A DNA stretch of 64,000 nt, from assembly GCF_009834535.1 (NCBI RefSeq), contig NC_045707.1, forward strand, positions 11,532,001 through 11,596,000, in the 5' to 3' direction. The DNA is from Camelus ferus (Eukaryota). This document shows positions 39,500-51,726 of the stretch, in pieces; the stretch's first letter is position 1; each line of letters opens with the position of its first letter. The position numbers and the translations under genes are program-made. Under the pieces are notes generated by a model that was given only the letters and a program-made list of their open reading frames with translations, was not told where the DNA came from and searched no databases.

Positions 39500-39885
39500 C
39501 ACGTAGCCCCCACTCGAACGGCGTGAACTGTAAACAGAACCTTCTCTCGGAGTGGAGCCGGAGTCTGACATCGAGGCGTCTGCAGGGCCACCCCCCCACA
39601 GGGGCTCTGGGAGCGTCCCTCCCACGTCTCCCCCGGGAGTGCCTGGCACCCCTTGGCCCGTGGCCGCATCACCCCCTCTGCCTCCGTCTTCACGCGGCGC
39701 CTCCCCTGCGTGTCTGACCTCTCTCTACCGTTGTCTCAGCAGGACTCTTGTCCCTGGGTCTGGGACCCCAGGTAACCAGGATCAGGCCCTCCTTTCAAAC
39801 CCCTTAAACCCACTTTTTGCCACGTGCATCAGTCACAGGTCTGGGACTAGGACGAGGACACTCCTTGGGGGACCGCCACCCGCCC
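39500..39885 (-). mobile_element. MLT1-type MaLR solo LTR
   Basis: ggagccggagtctgacatcgaggcgtctgcagggcc...ccttggcccgtggccgcatcaccccctctgcctccgtcttcacgcggc...cagtcacaggtctgggactaggacgaggacactccttggggg. Confidence 0.75.
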
Positions 39886-41449
39886 GCTCTGCTCGCCCGT
39901 CTTCCTCTCCTGTGTCTGAGCGATGCAAACCCCATGTGCTGTTGCAGGATCCTGGGGTACAACCCCCAGACCGCCAAGCCCCCGGGAACTTGGCCTGAGG
40001 ACCCCCAGCTTTCTCCAAGGCCCCAGAAATGCCACGCACCACACACATGTTTCCACCTCCCCTGGGCCTGACCTCCATCCACGGACCCCACTCCTGCCCC
40101 CACAACGCTGCTTCCCAGGGTCTCTCCCTGAGCTGCGGGGGAGGCACGTGGAGGCCCCAGGGGCTGTCTGGGGGGTCCTGCTGGGGGAGACCCCACCATG
40201 CTCCCCACCGCCCCCACCATCCCCCCCTGAAGGGCCGTGCCAGCCTGGGGAGCAGAGCAGGGCCCACGACGCTCCCTGCCTCATCCCGGCACCTCCCCCA
40301 GGATGCCCCCCGTGCCTGTCTCCTGACCCACCCCCTGCACCCTGGCCTGTCCTCCTTCCTTCCTCACTCCGGAATTCCTGGCACGGTGACCTCGACTCTC
40401 GCGCCCTCTAATGCTCACCTGTCACCTCTGCTGTGCAGGGTGAGACCCTGCCGGCCGGCCGGGGACAGGGCAGGCCCTCCATGCACAGCACAGTGACCAG
40501 CACTCGGGGTCCATCGGGGGCTTCTTCCTGCTGGCTGTTCAGAGAGTCTGCCCGAGAACATATTCTTCTGAAATTCAACTTAATTCCACAGCCTCTGTTG
40601 ACATATATGTGCTCAAAGCCTCACTGCTGTCCGCACAGCCTGCCTTTCTGGTTTCTTCATCAGTCAGCCTGGCCCTGCTGTTACCTCCTCTCACCTCCCC
40701 TGCGCCATCAGGTGCCACCGGGGGACACAGAGAGCCTGCCCGTCTCGGCCACACCAGGCAGTGGCCACTCATGTGGGCTGCAGTTTGGGGTCGTTAACCA
40801 ACCCTCTAATGAGGGCAGCACGGTCCCGGCCAGCTCCTCTGCTGCCTTTCAAGGGCACAGATGCCGGGAGCGAGCTGGGCGGCTCTGAGGCTGCGCTCCC
40901 CGGACGAGGGCCACAGGCAGGGACGCCGTGCAAGAGACATAGGCCTTGCCGTTGGGGCCTTCTCTTCCCGTCTCCCCAGAGGCTGATGCTCCTTGGCAGG
41001 TTCTCATCAGGAGCCCAGAGCCAGAGGCCGCAGGTGTGGACCTCAATACGGGGTGAGCGGGTGATGGCCAGGCTGGTCCAAGGGTGTTGAGGAGCCTCTG
41101 GGAGGCACAGGATGCCTGGGTCTCCATCCTAGTCCAGGAGGAGTCCCAGCACACCCCTGGGTGTGCGGGGAGGGGGCAGCTTTCCGGGGACGGGGCCCAG
41201 ACACCTGCCCTGGGTGGGGGGGGATGGGGTGTGGGTGCTGCTGGCCCCCCGTGTTGCCAGGTGGCACGGGGCGCTGTTGTGTTAGTGTTGGTGACACATC
41301 CGGGGAACCCAGCAGGCCCACCCATGGAGGGGAGGCAGGGAGAGCCCAGCCCCGGCCCCAGGTCCTGGCGATGGTGCAGGAGAAAGAGACGTGAGTGGGT
41401 GAACAGGGACTGTCCGTGCAGGACTCGTCTGACCACGCGGACCCCAGGC

Positions 41450-41575
41450 AGTAGGTACCGTCACTGTCCCTGTTATCACAGAAGGAAACAGAGGTGCAGA
41501 GGGGCTGTGACTTGTCCAAGGTGAATGAGTGGGTTTGGCAGGAACAGAGCTCGGGCCAGGCAAGCTGGCTCCAGC
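41450..41575 (-). mobile_element. MIR SINE fragment
   Basis: gtaggtaccgtcactgtccctgttatcacagaaggaaacagaggtgcagaggggctgtgacttgtccaaggt...caagctggctccag. Confidence 0.7.
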
Positions 41576-42261
41576 GTTCAGCCACGAGGGAGATGTTCTC
41601 GTCTGGTCTGGTCTGTGCCACCAAGCAAAGTAGCCGATGGCCACTGTGGCTGCTGAACACTGAACATGCAGCTTGGCCGTGATTACTTCCTCTCTGATCA
41701 GCCACCTGCAGCCAGAGCTCTGGCAACGGTCAGGGCGGCTCAGGAGACCTTCCCACGGCCCCTCCTGACCCCCGCTGTGCGCCTTCCCCTGGGAAAGCCC
41801 ACCACGCCCGCACTTCCCCTGGAGACGCCCGTCACCCTCCCTGCTCAGAGTCTACATCCGCCCAGACGTTCCTACCTGGATGGGCCGGGGAGTACCCTGC
41901 CCGGTGTCCGTGCTGGCCTCATCGCCCCCAGGCTCCTCCCTCCCATCAGTGGGCGGCTCCGTCCTCGGGTCAGCGGCCCCTTCAGCCCGCAACCCACAGA
42001 TGGCTGTGCGCACTCTGGGCTTCCCTCGGGCCATCACTGCCCCTGCCCTTCTCTGCTCAGTGAGCCCCTCCTGCAGCCACCCCGGCCTCCAGTGTGGGAA
42101 CCACCCAGCGTCTCCACAAGCCACTGCCCCCAGGGGCGCGGCAGTGGATCAGAGCCCCCCGCCACGGAACTGTCCAGACCCCTCAGTGCGACTTGAGAGA
42201 AGAACGCCCGGGTCTGGGTGGGTGGCATTGTCCGATGTCACGCCCTCCGCACCTTCGTGGT

Positions 42262-42690
42262 ACGAGCATCCCTGGAGTGACTGTGACAGAGCCCCATGGA
42301 CAGGCTGGCTTAAAGCAACAATAAACCGGCTCACAAGATCTGACCTGGCCTCCCCGCCCAGTGGGGTGCCGGCCCTGCCCCCTCCGGAGGCTCCAGGGGA
42401 GACGCTTTCCTCCCAGCCCCGGGAGAGCTGGGTTCCTGGGCTCAGGGCCCCTCTTCCACCTACAAAGTCGGCAGCACAGGTCCTTGGGTCTGACCTTTCC
42501 CCGCCTCCCTCTTGTGAGGACCCGTGTGACTACACTGGTCCCTCACAGAAAATGCCGCAGGAACTCGAATCTCCAAATTCTTTACTTAGCCACATCCAGA
42601 GTCCCTTTTGCCACGGAAGGTGTCATTCACAGGCTCCAGGGATGGGGGCTTGGATGTCCCCAGGAGCACAAGTCAGCTCTCCAGGACCGC
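42262..42690 (-). mobile_element. MLT1-type MaLR solo LTR
   Basis: ggctggcttaaagcaacaataaac...ccctccggaggctccaggggagacgc...ttgtgaggacccgtgtgactacactgg...cacatccagagtcccttttgccacggaaggtgtcattcacaggctccaggg. Confidence 0.75.
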
Positions 42691-44929
42691 CGTCGTGCCC
42701 GCGGCCCAAGCACACGCTCGGGGGCCGTGCCCTCCCCCCAGCAGCCCCTGCCCCAGGCGTGGCGCTGCCCGCCCTGACTCCCATCTTTGCTCTGTGCCCA
42801 AGTGCCACCTCCCTGTCCCCACTCAGCAGGTGACTGAGCTCACACTCTGGGCCGGACCCTGGACCGCAGGGCAGGATGCAACATGAGCAGAGCTCAGCCA
42901 GAGCCGGGGAGGATGGAGGCGGAGACTGTGCATGCAGCAGCTCTGAGCTTGGCAGGGCCCATGGAGGGGGTGGGGGCGGGCAGAGGGCTTCCAGAACTTC
43001 AGAGGGGCTTCAGGCTGAGTGTGAGGGGCAGCGTGGCCCTGAGCACCGAGCAGTCCAGGGCGAATTGGTCAAGACAGCAGGAACACCGGGTGAGGCAAAC
43101 CAGGAAGGCGGCGCTGGTGGCGTCAGGGAAGCTCTGGGCCAAGATGCTGGGGTGGCCGGGGCTCCCCGAGGAGCCGCAGGGCACGCCGACGGGGCCCTTC
43201 CGTGCCCTGAGGCGTCACACCACCGACCAGCCTCCATGCAGCTTGGGAGCTGGCGCAGCTCCGAGTGGGAGCCAGAGGCCCGGGGCCAAGTTGACGGCAT
43301 GTTTCTGTGAACTGTCTGGGGGCAAGAAGAGGCAGATGAAATTAAGATATGAACATAATCGCATCACCTGCACGCAGGGCTCCGGGGGCCACCCCTCCTG
43401 CTCCCCACCCGGCCCCAGACGCAGGAACACAGAACTGAATTAACTCCCCTAGCTGCTGCAGCCACAGCTCTGGTTCTGCTCCGCGATGCTGTTCCTTTGA
43501 TGTTAATCACCTGCTTTTCTCCGGGATTTTGCCTCCAGCTGGGAGACTTTGCTTAGACCCCAAAGACCCCACATGCAGTGCTTAGAACCCCCAACCAGGG
43601 ACTTTCTCCCGCACCAGCCCCAGGACTGTACCAGTTCTGAGCGTTCCCTGGAGAAATCACACGCGCCTCACCTGGGATGCCCCCCACCCGGTCCCAGCCA
43701 GTCTACCAGTGCGCACTGAGGATCAGGGCAACCCACTGGGGCAGGCGCCCTGAGCCTCACACGCGGCAGGATCGGGGGAACCCGGGACAGGAGGTGAGAG
43801 GCTGTGGTGAGCGCAAGGGATAGACGAGGCCACAGTCCGGGTCCTCCTGCTGAGCCACCCCTCAGGGGTGAAACATATACAGAAGCCCCAAGAGGATCTT
43901 GGCAAGACAGGTGTCATCGTCAGAGACGCTGGCCTGAGCCTCGGCTGCGCCCCAACACATGCAATCTCACGTGAGCTGTCCCCTTCACCTGTTACACAGC
44001 CGACGGGAGCACCTGCCTGGCCAGCCTCAGGTGGTGACATGGGAAGTCACCCAGCACAGTGCCTGCTGTGGGTCAGCGATTGTGATCAATGCCATCCTCC
44101 TTGGATGAGCAAAATCACGTCGCCTCCGAGAGCACGAACTCAGATCTGAGTAGTTGGAGACACGTCCCAGAAAATGTGCTTTGAGGAATCTTCCTCAGTA
44201 GGGTCTGCAGACCCCTTGACTCAGAAAAACTGATGCTAGGAGTGGGTACCTGGACTCCTGCTCAGGCCACTGCATCAGGATCTCAGGGGGCGGGTCCCAG
44301 AAGTGCCCAGGAAGTCACGGGGCTCCTGGTCCTTCTGGAGCATCACACACAAAGCTGCTTCTACCTCATCCCCTCCAATGACGCCCGCAGGACACAGAGC
44401 ACACACAGCCCATGAGTACAGAGAATGGGGCAGAGAATGGTGGCGGGAGCTAGAAGGTGGCTCAGTGCACAGGTCCATGGAAAACCAAGAGAAGACCTGC
44501 AGCTGGAGAAGCCACAGAGAAGGCAGCCTCCATGAGCCACAGGGTGAGTCCAGGGCCAGGGGGTCACAACACAAGGGTGGGGTGCACATCCTTGGGAGGG
44601 ACAGTCAGACCCTGTCCTCTCCCCATAGCAGGACAGCCCAGTCTAGCACAATCCTCTGGAAAGGGTGACACGGGCTCCCTGGGACCTGGGGCTTCATGAG
44701 CAGCTGAGGCAGGGGTGATGGAGGGGAGGGAGTGAGAAAGGGGAGGGTGATTCCCCAGCCCCTCTGCTGACCTGGCTCCCTGAGCAGAGGCAGTTAGAGT
44801 CACATTCTCCCATTCTTGTCTCTGGGGACAGTTAGACCACAGGGACCCCCAGGGACCCCTGTGAAGTGGCCTCACACATGAGGCTGAGGGGCTGATGAAG
44901 CCTGCTTGCCACACAGCTCCCTGCCAGGA

Positions 44930-46580
44930 GCTGACATATTAAAAACAGCGACCCCTGGATGGCAGGGAAAAACCGCCAGCGCGGAGAAAGGACCACACCA
45001 TCAAGTGGACAAGGGACCCGAAGACGCGTGGGCCAGAGAAGGGCAAGCAGCAGCAAAGGCGCAGAAGCGCATCCTGTCCCCAGAGAGACAAGCTCCTCAC
45101 CCGGAAAGTCAGAAGATGCAGAAACAGACTCGCAGGGAACAAGGAGGAAACTGAAAATAAAAGCGCAACGGAAGACAGCCCGATGGAGCCTGGGGAGCGA
45201 AGGTCGAGAGAGAAAATCAACCCAGGAAGTTCATTGTCAGAAAGTCAGACGTTCCAGGCAAGGAAACAGAAAGACGGGAAAGAAAGATATTGTCAAACAC
45301 ACAAAGTTCTCCTGTGAGTCAAGGGATGAGTTATCAGGCCGGAAGTACAGGCACGTTCTCAAATTGCTGTAGAAAAGCGTGTTACAGCTCAGCTGTGATA
45401 GCAGCCTGGATCTGGGAGAGAAACGAAGCAACACTCAGAAAGTTGGAGAACTCGGGTTTACTACGCCAGCGTGCCCAGAGCCATTAACACTCCAAGCTCT
45501 GGATCCCATCTGCAGGTTTACATGGGCTTTTATAGGCTGCCAGTCCACACTTTGCAACACCGTATGCAAATAAAGTATAACAAAATTTGACTAATTAGGA
45601 ACAAGATTTATAGAAATGGACCAATCAGGAGGGAGAGAAATAACCAATCAGGAGTGAGGGAAATGGACCAATCAGGAGTTAGCTCAGGGAACCGATAGAA
45701 TTTTAGGGGTAAGTTCCACTTTCCTAGAAGTAAGCCGTTTCAGAGGCAAAGCGTGAGATCAAGCCGCTGGGCCAGGGAACCGGATGGCGCTGGCAGGGGA
45801 GTAGTGGCCCTGCCTGGGGGCCCTGCCGGTCTTATCTTATGGGGCTTCCCGCCTCAAAATGAGTGAAAAAAGACCAGCTCCGAGAGCACATGACTGTGAA
45901 ATGCCGGAACATTGAGACGGGAAGAAAGACTTAAAAAAGTCAGAAAGAAAGGAGGCCTAGTCACGCGACGTTAAAAAGATCCAGAACCAGGGTCGGATCG
46001 GCATTCTCAGCAGCCGCCCTGGGCTTGGGGAGGAGCAGCGGTTTTCAGCCTGGATTTCCGCGGCTTTTCAAACCGTCGTCACTCTGAGGGGAGACCCGAG
46101 GCTCCACGCCCCCCCGACTTGCCCCGGAAACCGCAGGCGCTGCCCGGCGCACAGCGTGTGTGCGGAGGGTGGCGGTCGCCCGGTCTCCGGCCCGGGCAGC
46201 CCGCTCAGGGGCAGAGGCTCCGGGAAGGGCGGCCGGCGGGGAGGAACCTCCTGGAGTTCCTGGCGCATCGACCGCACAGAAAAGAGGTTTTCATTCCAGC
46301 GTTCTGATAAGTGGGTGATAAGCTCAGAAAGGAAATGCTAACACGAGGGCAACAAAACGTGTTCCAGGAAGTAAAGCCTGCGGGGCGGCCGTGAGTGCTG
46401 TTTGCATACCGGCGGTGCTGCCAGCGCCGAGCCTGGATCGACCGGCGGTGGGCGAGACAACGGAAGCCCCTCAGGGGAAGGCTGTCGAGTTTGGAGGGGA
46501 AGCGATGGAAAATGAAGCCGTCACTCTCGGTAATAGGAAATCAATATGTATATAATCTAAAGAAGAAAAAACCAGGAAAA
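44930..46580 (+). mobile_element. Old L1 ORF1 relic (L1ME-like), interrupted by an ERV LTR
   Basis: ORF1-like sequence reads continuously across the LTR once it is removed (...ggaagtacaggcacgttctcaaat/gagtgaaaaaagaccagctccgagagcacatgactgtgaaa..., compare L1 RAHRV...NEKRPTPRHIIVK; ggatcggcattctcagcagccgccctgg). Confidence 0.65.
45365..45856 (-). mobile_element. ERV1-type solo LTR, copy A
   Basis: TG...CA termini on the minus strand; 4-bp TSD AAAT (45361-45364, 45857-45860); CCAAT repeats at 45621, 45644, 45668; TATAAAA (rc of 45528-45534); ATGCAAAT 45564-45571; alignable end to end with the LTR at 61259-61737. Confidence 0.92.
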
Positions 46581-49500
46581 CGCAGTGTAAGCGTGTTTCT
46601 ATGGAAGAAGTGGAGGTGAGACAAGGAGAAGGGACGACTCCATTAGGATGCTTTGCTTCGGAAGGGCAGGAAGGGCAGAGCGCGCTGCCGATTTTCCTTA
46701 ACAGCCCGGAGACGCTGTTCGCCTCGTTCAGATGCAACTGTATTGCGCTGCTGAGAACGAAAAGTGGCTCCCGGGAGGGGCCGGCGGACGGAGAGCGGCG
46801 CGTGGCGGCGGACAGGCGAGGGAGGGCACGGGCTCGTTTCTTCTGGCCACAGTATCCGACATTTGGATACTGGGGACCCTAAACTGAGGGACGGAGGTGG
46901 ACGGTCAGAACCTTCCCCAGTCCTGTAAGAAGACAACCTTGTCTCCCCTGAGAAGCGCAAAGCCGTGATGCAGGCCTCGTCCTGAAAGCAGTCTGGGGTG
47001 ACGGCCCAGGGGTTTGCAAACGTTTCAAACCCTCTTGTCGGGCTGAGATGCTCGGAGCTCCAGGCGTGGCCAGGTGCCCCCCCCCCGACACCCCAGGATT
47101 CACACAGAGCGCAGGACCCACCGCCCCGCCTTGCAGAGGAAACCTGACCCCAGAGAGTGGGCTCGTCTTTGGAGGCCTCCGGAGAGTTCCACCTGCAGCC
47201 CTGGGGGCCCCGCGCAGCCGTGACCCCTGCCGCCCAGGGCGGGGCGGCCCTCCCCCTGGATGTGGACTGGAAGAGAAGGGGTGACCAAGAGCACAATGCG
47301 CCCAGTGAGGACCCCAGAAGGGGGAGACATCTGGACCAAGCTGAGAAGGCTGGTTTTTCTGATTCCAGGTGAGGGCCTGGGCCGGTGCCCGCTGCAGAAT
47401 ATGAATCGTGTCTGATCAGGAGTAGGGCGGCAGGGAAGCTCGGGGCTGGGGTCCAGCCTGGGTCTGGGCCTCCTCCTCACTGACTCACACAGCCCTGAGT
47501 TAAAGGACCCTCTGGGGCCGACGAGAGCCCACCTCCCAGACCCAGGGTCCCCCTGGCAAGGGCGGTTCCGCTGAGGCACTCGGGAGTGAGACGGGCCTCC
47601 TTGGGGAAAGGCATCTGAGACCGCCATGTTGTGGGCGTGCGTAGGAGGGTGGCGTCCATTCACGCCGGCCGTCGGTGACGTCCGAGTTAAAACCACAGCT
47701 TCCTCCCTGAGCCTGTGGGTGTTCGGAAAGGTGGTTACTTTCTTGTAGAAGCCATCGTCACATCATGCTGTCATGAATTTTGATCATTTTATGAATATGA
47801 ACAATGTTTTGAATTTCATAACCATTTTGAACACTGTGTGAGACTGGTTCTCCTCCAGCTACTCGGCCCTGGGGTCGAAGGTAACGCAGCTCTGGCCACA
47901 CACTGGGTAGAAGCTGCAGCTGGCTGGTGCCCACTTGCTGTATAATCGCCCCTTCTCTGGGCTGCAGACCCCAGACTCTGCTTCCCCGACACGAGAGCTG
48001 GGGGTGGGGAGCTGGGCAGAGGTGGGGCTGGTGGGAGTGGGCTCCGGAGAGACGTTCTCCTAGCAAACTGGAGTCACAGCTCTTCCCTTCCAAGGCCAAG
48101 ATGCTTCTCCGAGAGGGATGCACACATCTGTGTGCAGATCTGGCAGGTGGCAGAGGGACAACCTGCTTCCAGGACCAGGAGCCCCCCTGTGTGGATGGCC
48201 CGGGGCCCCTGAGTGCCCGCCTGTGCCCCTGGCCAGGGTTTCCTAAAGTCCTGTCCATAGACAGGGCTGTCCTGGGCTACATGAAGGCAATCACCCCTAG
48301 AGCTGGGGTCCCTGCCTGCCTCGTCCTTGCAGGGTGGCCTATGTCCTGCACACCCAGAACGGACAGCCACCGTCCACAGAGCAGGTTGGGGTGGGGATAC
48401 CTGGGCACAGGAACCTGGATCTGAACCCGCCTGCCCATCGTGGAGGCAGAAGGAGCACCAGCTGTGCTCTGAGGCTCCGGCAGCCGGCTGGTCCCCATTT
48501 CCTGGGACCCTCCCCACAGCCGGGGACCCTGCAGTTCTGGGTACCTGGGGTGAAGTCATGTAGTGCGGGGAGCAAGGGGGCCTCACTCCCTGTTGGAGGC
48601 CTGGCCCTCCTGTGCCGGGACCAGACACCGGCCTCCTGACTCAGCAGAGGAAGATGGGGCAGGGATCATCAGTCCCCACGGTCTCCGAGATGCTGGAACA
48701 GACACTCCCAGGAGCTCAGGGCATCCGCGATGACACAGGGAGGAGGTCCTTGCAGCCCCGGGGTCAGCCCGGAGGCATCTTCTGGTCACCTCTGCCAGTC
48801 TCGCTGGGCTCCTTCACACGCCTGGGGTCACTGGTCCAAGAGGCCAGAAGCCCCAGATGGAGCCCGCTGGATGAGCATGTGCCTCACTCTGTCGGCCCCA
48901 TCACGGAGGGGGAACAGGCACACCCGGCTGAGGAGTTCCCGCATCATAACACAAAGGGGGCACGACTCCAGGGGGGGAAAAGCAGGGGCCCCCCGGAGGG
49001 GAGAAGGGCAGTGAGCAGGACGCAACTGCCCGACAAAGAATAAAAGTGGCCATAAGTGAGCTTTATGAGAAACGCACTGCCTGTCTGGCCGGCTCCCACC
49101 TGCGGGGGAGGCAGAGTGGCTGGGGCGGTTCTCTGGGGCTGGGGCAGGCCTGTGCCGCGCTCTCCCGGGATGAGGTCTGGGGGCCCGGCTGCAAGCCCAC
49201 GGAGGGCCCCCAGGGAGGAGACCTCTCGGCCGTCCCTGGGCGTCATGGCGGCCTTTGGGGCCGGTCCCCTGCCGCCGCCTCTCGGCCTCCTAACGGCCGT
49301 CACTGCTGGTTCCACCGTTATTTACGCACTTTGTGAAGGATGGAGACTCGATCTGTGTTGTTAAGTAGGAACAGTATTATTCTGGCCCAGAAGGAAGTCT
49401 TAAATAAAAATATTCCCATAAAGAAAAGTAAGTTATTCCTCTAATGTATTCAGAATGTCCTCACCCAGCGTGCAAATCCATGTAGCTCTTAATAATCTCC

Positions 49501-51381
49501 TAGCCTGTCTGGCATCAGTACACATGTGATATTGATTTTTTTTCCCTCAGCAAGTGTAAGAAATACACATTTTATTTACTCTTTAAAAAATCCCCAGCAC
49601 CCACAGGCTGCTAGTTTACAACTGGCACTGAGTGTAGCAGCCAGCAAACCCGACAGAATTTGGGGGGATCCCCATCGTTCTGTGAATGAAGCTTGGCCGC
49701 TGCCCCAGCCTGAGTGACAGGCCAGAGGAGGTCCAGGCGGCCTGCCCGGCGTCGCAGAGGACGGAATCAGCGGCCGCCTGAGACATTCAGGAGCCTCCTT
49801 TGAGGATGCGAAGGGCTGGGCTGGTGTCCCAAAGACGCATGAGGGCTAGTGCTTCTGGGCACGCTCTGGACCCCGTCTCCTTTGCCAAGGACCCTTTCAC
49901 ACCCCCAGCACTGGGCATCGCGCCGGCCTTCTAGAGGCCCGTCGGCTTGTTGACACGGGGGCCCTGCAGCAGCGTCGCGGGGCTCACGGGGGCCCGGGAG
50001 ACAGTGTGTCTCTCCCCCCACAGGGTGGCTGGGCTTTGCTGGCTGCGGACTGAGCTCCAGAGATGACGGAGCTGGGTCAGGGAGGAGGGAGACCCACACG
50101 GACGCCCTGACCTCAGGGGCCCTGCTTTTGAAGGAAAGGCTGAAATGTGAGGCTCTGCGTTCTCAGCACTAGCAGACGCCCAGGGGCTGACTCCAGAGGA
50201 AGCTGCTGTAGTTCTTAGGTTCTCCGTGAGCATCAGGGGCACCTAATGCCCTGCAGACACACTGATGTTTGGTCAAATAGGTGCGAGATAGTCAGGCGGT
50301 CAGTCATGTAATTACGAATAAAATAAAAACGCCTTCAGGCGTCTGCTGACCCCTCCTCCTCCTGCAGCTGCCACTGTCCTCGCGCCCGGTGTTAGCTGCG
50401 AGCTCCGCTGCTGCCGCGCGGCGCGCTCCCGGGCGGGAAAGGCGTGTTTGCACGGAGACTGGCTCTTCATGGTCAGTATGCTCCCGAGAGACTTGCTGAG
50501 CGCCCTTCTGACCCTTGAAATGGCCTGTGGGCTTGGCTGGCACCCGCCCTCTGGAAGCCGCGTGGGTCAGGGGTGTCCGGGTTCCAGCGCGCGGCCTCGG
50601 GGCTTTCTGCTGTGAGGAAGCCGCTCCGCCCAGGGCGGCTTCTTCCTCTCCGTGTTCTCTGTTTCGCTGTTCTCTGACTCCGCCTACCTTGAATGGGTTA
50701 CGATTAGGTGAGAGGTGGGAGCGTTTTGTCACTGAGACCAGAGGCCGCTAACGCTCATAGCCAACGACATAAGCGCTCGTCTCCCTCCGAGGCCGGGAGC
50801 CCGGGGGCTGGGCTCCGCCCCGCCTCGTCCTGGCTCCCTGGGCCTGGGCGGCACCGCGCCTCGCGCCTCCGGCTGCGCGGGGCTGAGCTTCGGCGTCAGG
50901 CCGGCCGAGGGCTCCCCTAGTGCCAGTCTCCTCCAGAATCTCCTTTGATAAAGACACTTCCTTTGTGTGAACGTTACCCTGTTTGCGCAGCATCAGAGGC
51001 AGGCCCGCTTCGATGCTGTCTGGGGTGACCTTCTCTCCGCGTTGCAGCTGAGTGGTGACATGCCAGAGGGGCTGGGATCGCGTTTCCTAGGCGAGCAGAG
51101 GTGCCTCTTTCTTTGCCCACGTCTCTCGGTCTCACCAGTCCGGCTTTGACTTCTCTCACGGGGGTCTGGGCCCCCACTTGCCCTGGGCTCTGTGGGGTGG
51201 GTGTTACCGCTCCTGAACACACTGTTTTCCATTTCCTCGCAGCTTGCTGCTAGTGTACAAAATAGCTGTTAATTTTTGTTTATTTACTTTGTATCTAGCC
51301 ACCCTAAAAGCCACATTTTATTGCAATGATATGTTTATTCTGCACAATTACAAATGGGACATTAAGGGAAAAAATTCATTC

Positions 51382-51502
51382 TTTTTTGGGGGGGTGGGGA
51401 AAGGTGACTAGGTTTAGTCTTTTTTTAAATGGAGTTACTGGGCGTTGAACCCAGGACGTCATGCAGGCGAAGCCTGCGCTCTGCCCCTGAGCCAGACCCT
51501 CC
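51382..51502 (-). mobile_element. tRNA-derived SINE (camelid Vic-1-like)
   Basis: Reverse complement GGAGGGTCTGGCTCAGGGGCAGAGCGCAGGCTTCGCCTGCATGACGTCCTGGGTTCAACGCCCAGTAACTCCATTTAAAAAAA has A-box-like TGGCTCAGGGG, B-box GGTTCAACGCC and an A-rich tail; resembles the SINE I recall from alpaca/camel. Confidence 0.85.
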
Positions 51503-51653
51503 GCACCGAGGAGGAAGCATTCAGAGGCCAAGGGTGGGGGGTCTGAGGTGTGTCTGTTCCTCTGACTCTACATGTGGTTTTCAGAGACGCCAGCTTTTCC
51601 AGGGGCTCTGGCCTGGAATCCCCGACCTGCACACAGGATAAATCAGGGCCTCG

Positions 51654-51726
51654 TGTGCGCGCGCGCGGGTGTGTGCACGCACGTGCGGGTGTGTGCACGC
51701 ACGTGCGCATGCACACGACACATGCG
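51654..51726. repeat. Alternating purine-pyrimidine tract with a 20-bp tandem duplication (Z-DNA potential)
   Basis: gcgggtgtgtgcacgcacgt occurs twice in tandem among (GC)/(GT)/(CA) runs. Confidence 0.75.

Noticed and set aside
47749-47880. 132-bp candidate exon (tttcttgtag...AAG/gtaacg)
   Set aside because: Stops in all three frames and a weak donor; no support for splicing.
51430-51502. Functional tRNA gene
   Set aside because: No proper acceptor or D stem, followed by an A-rich tail; it is a SINE.
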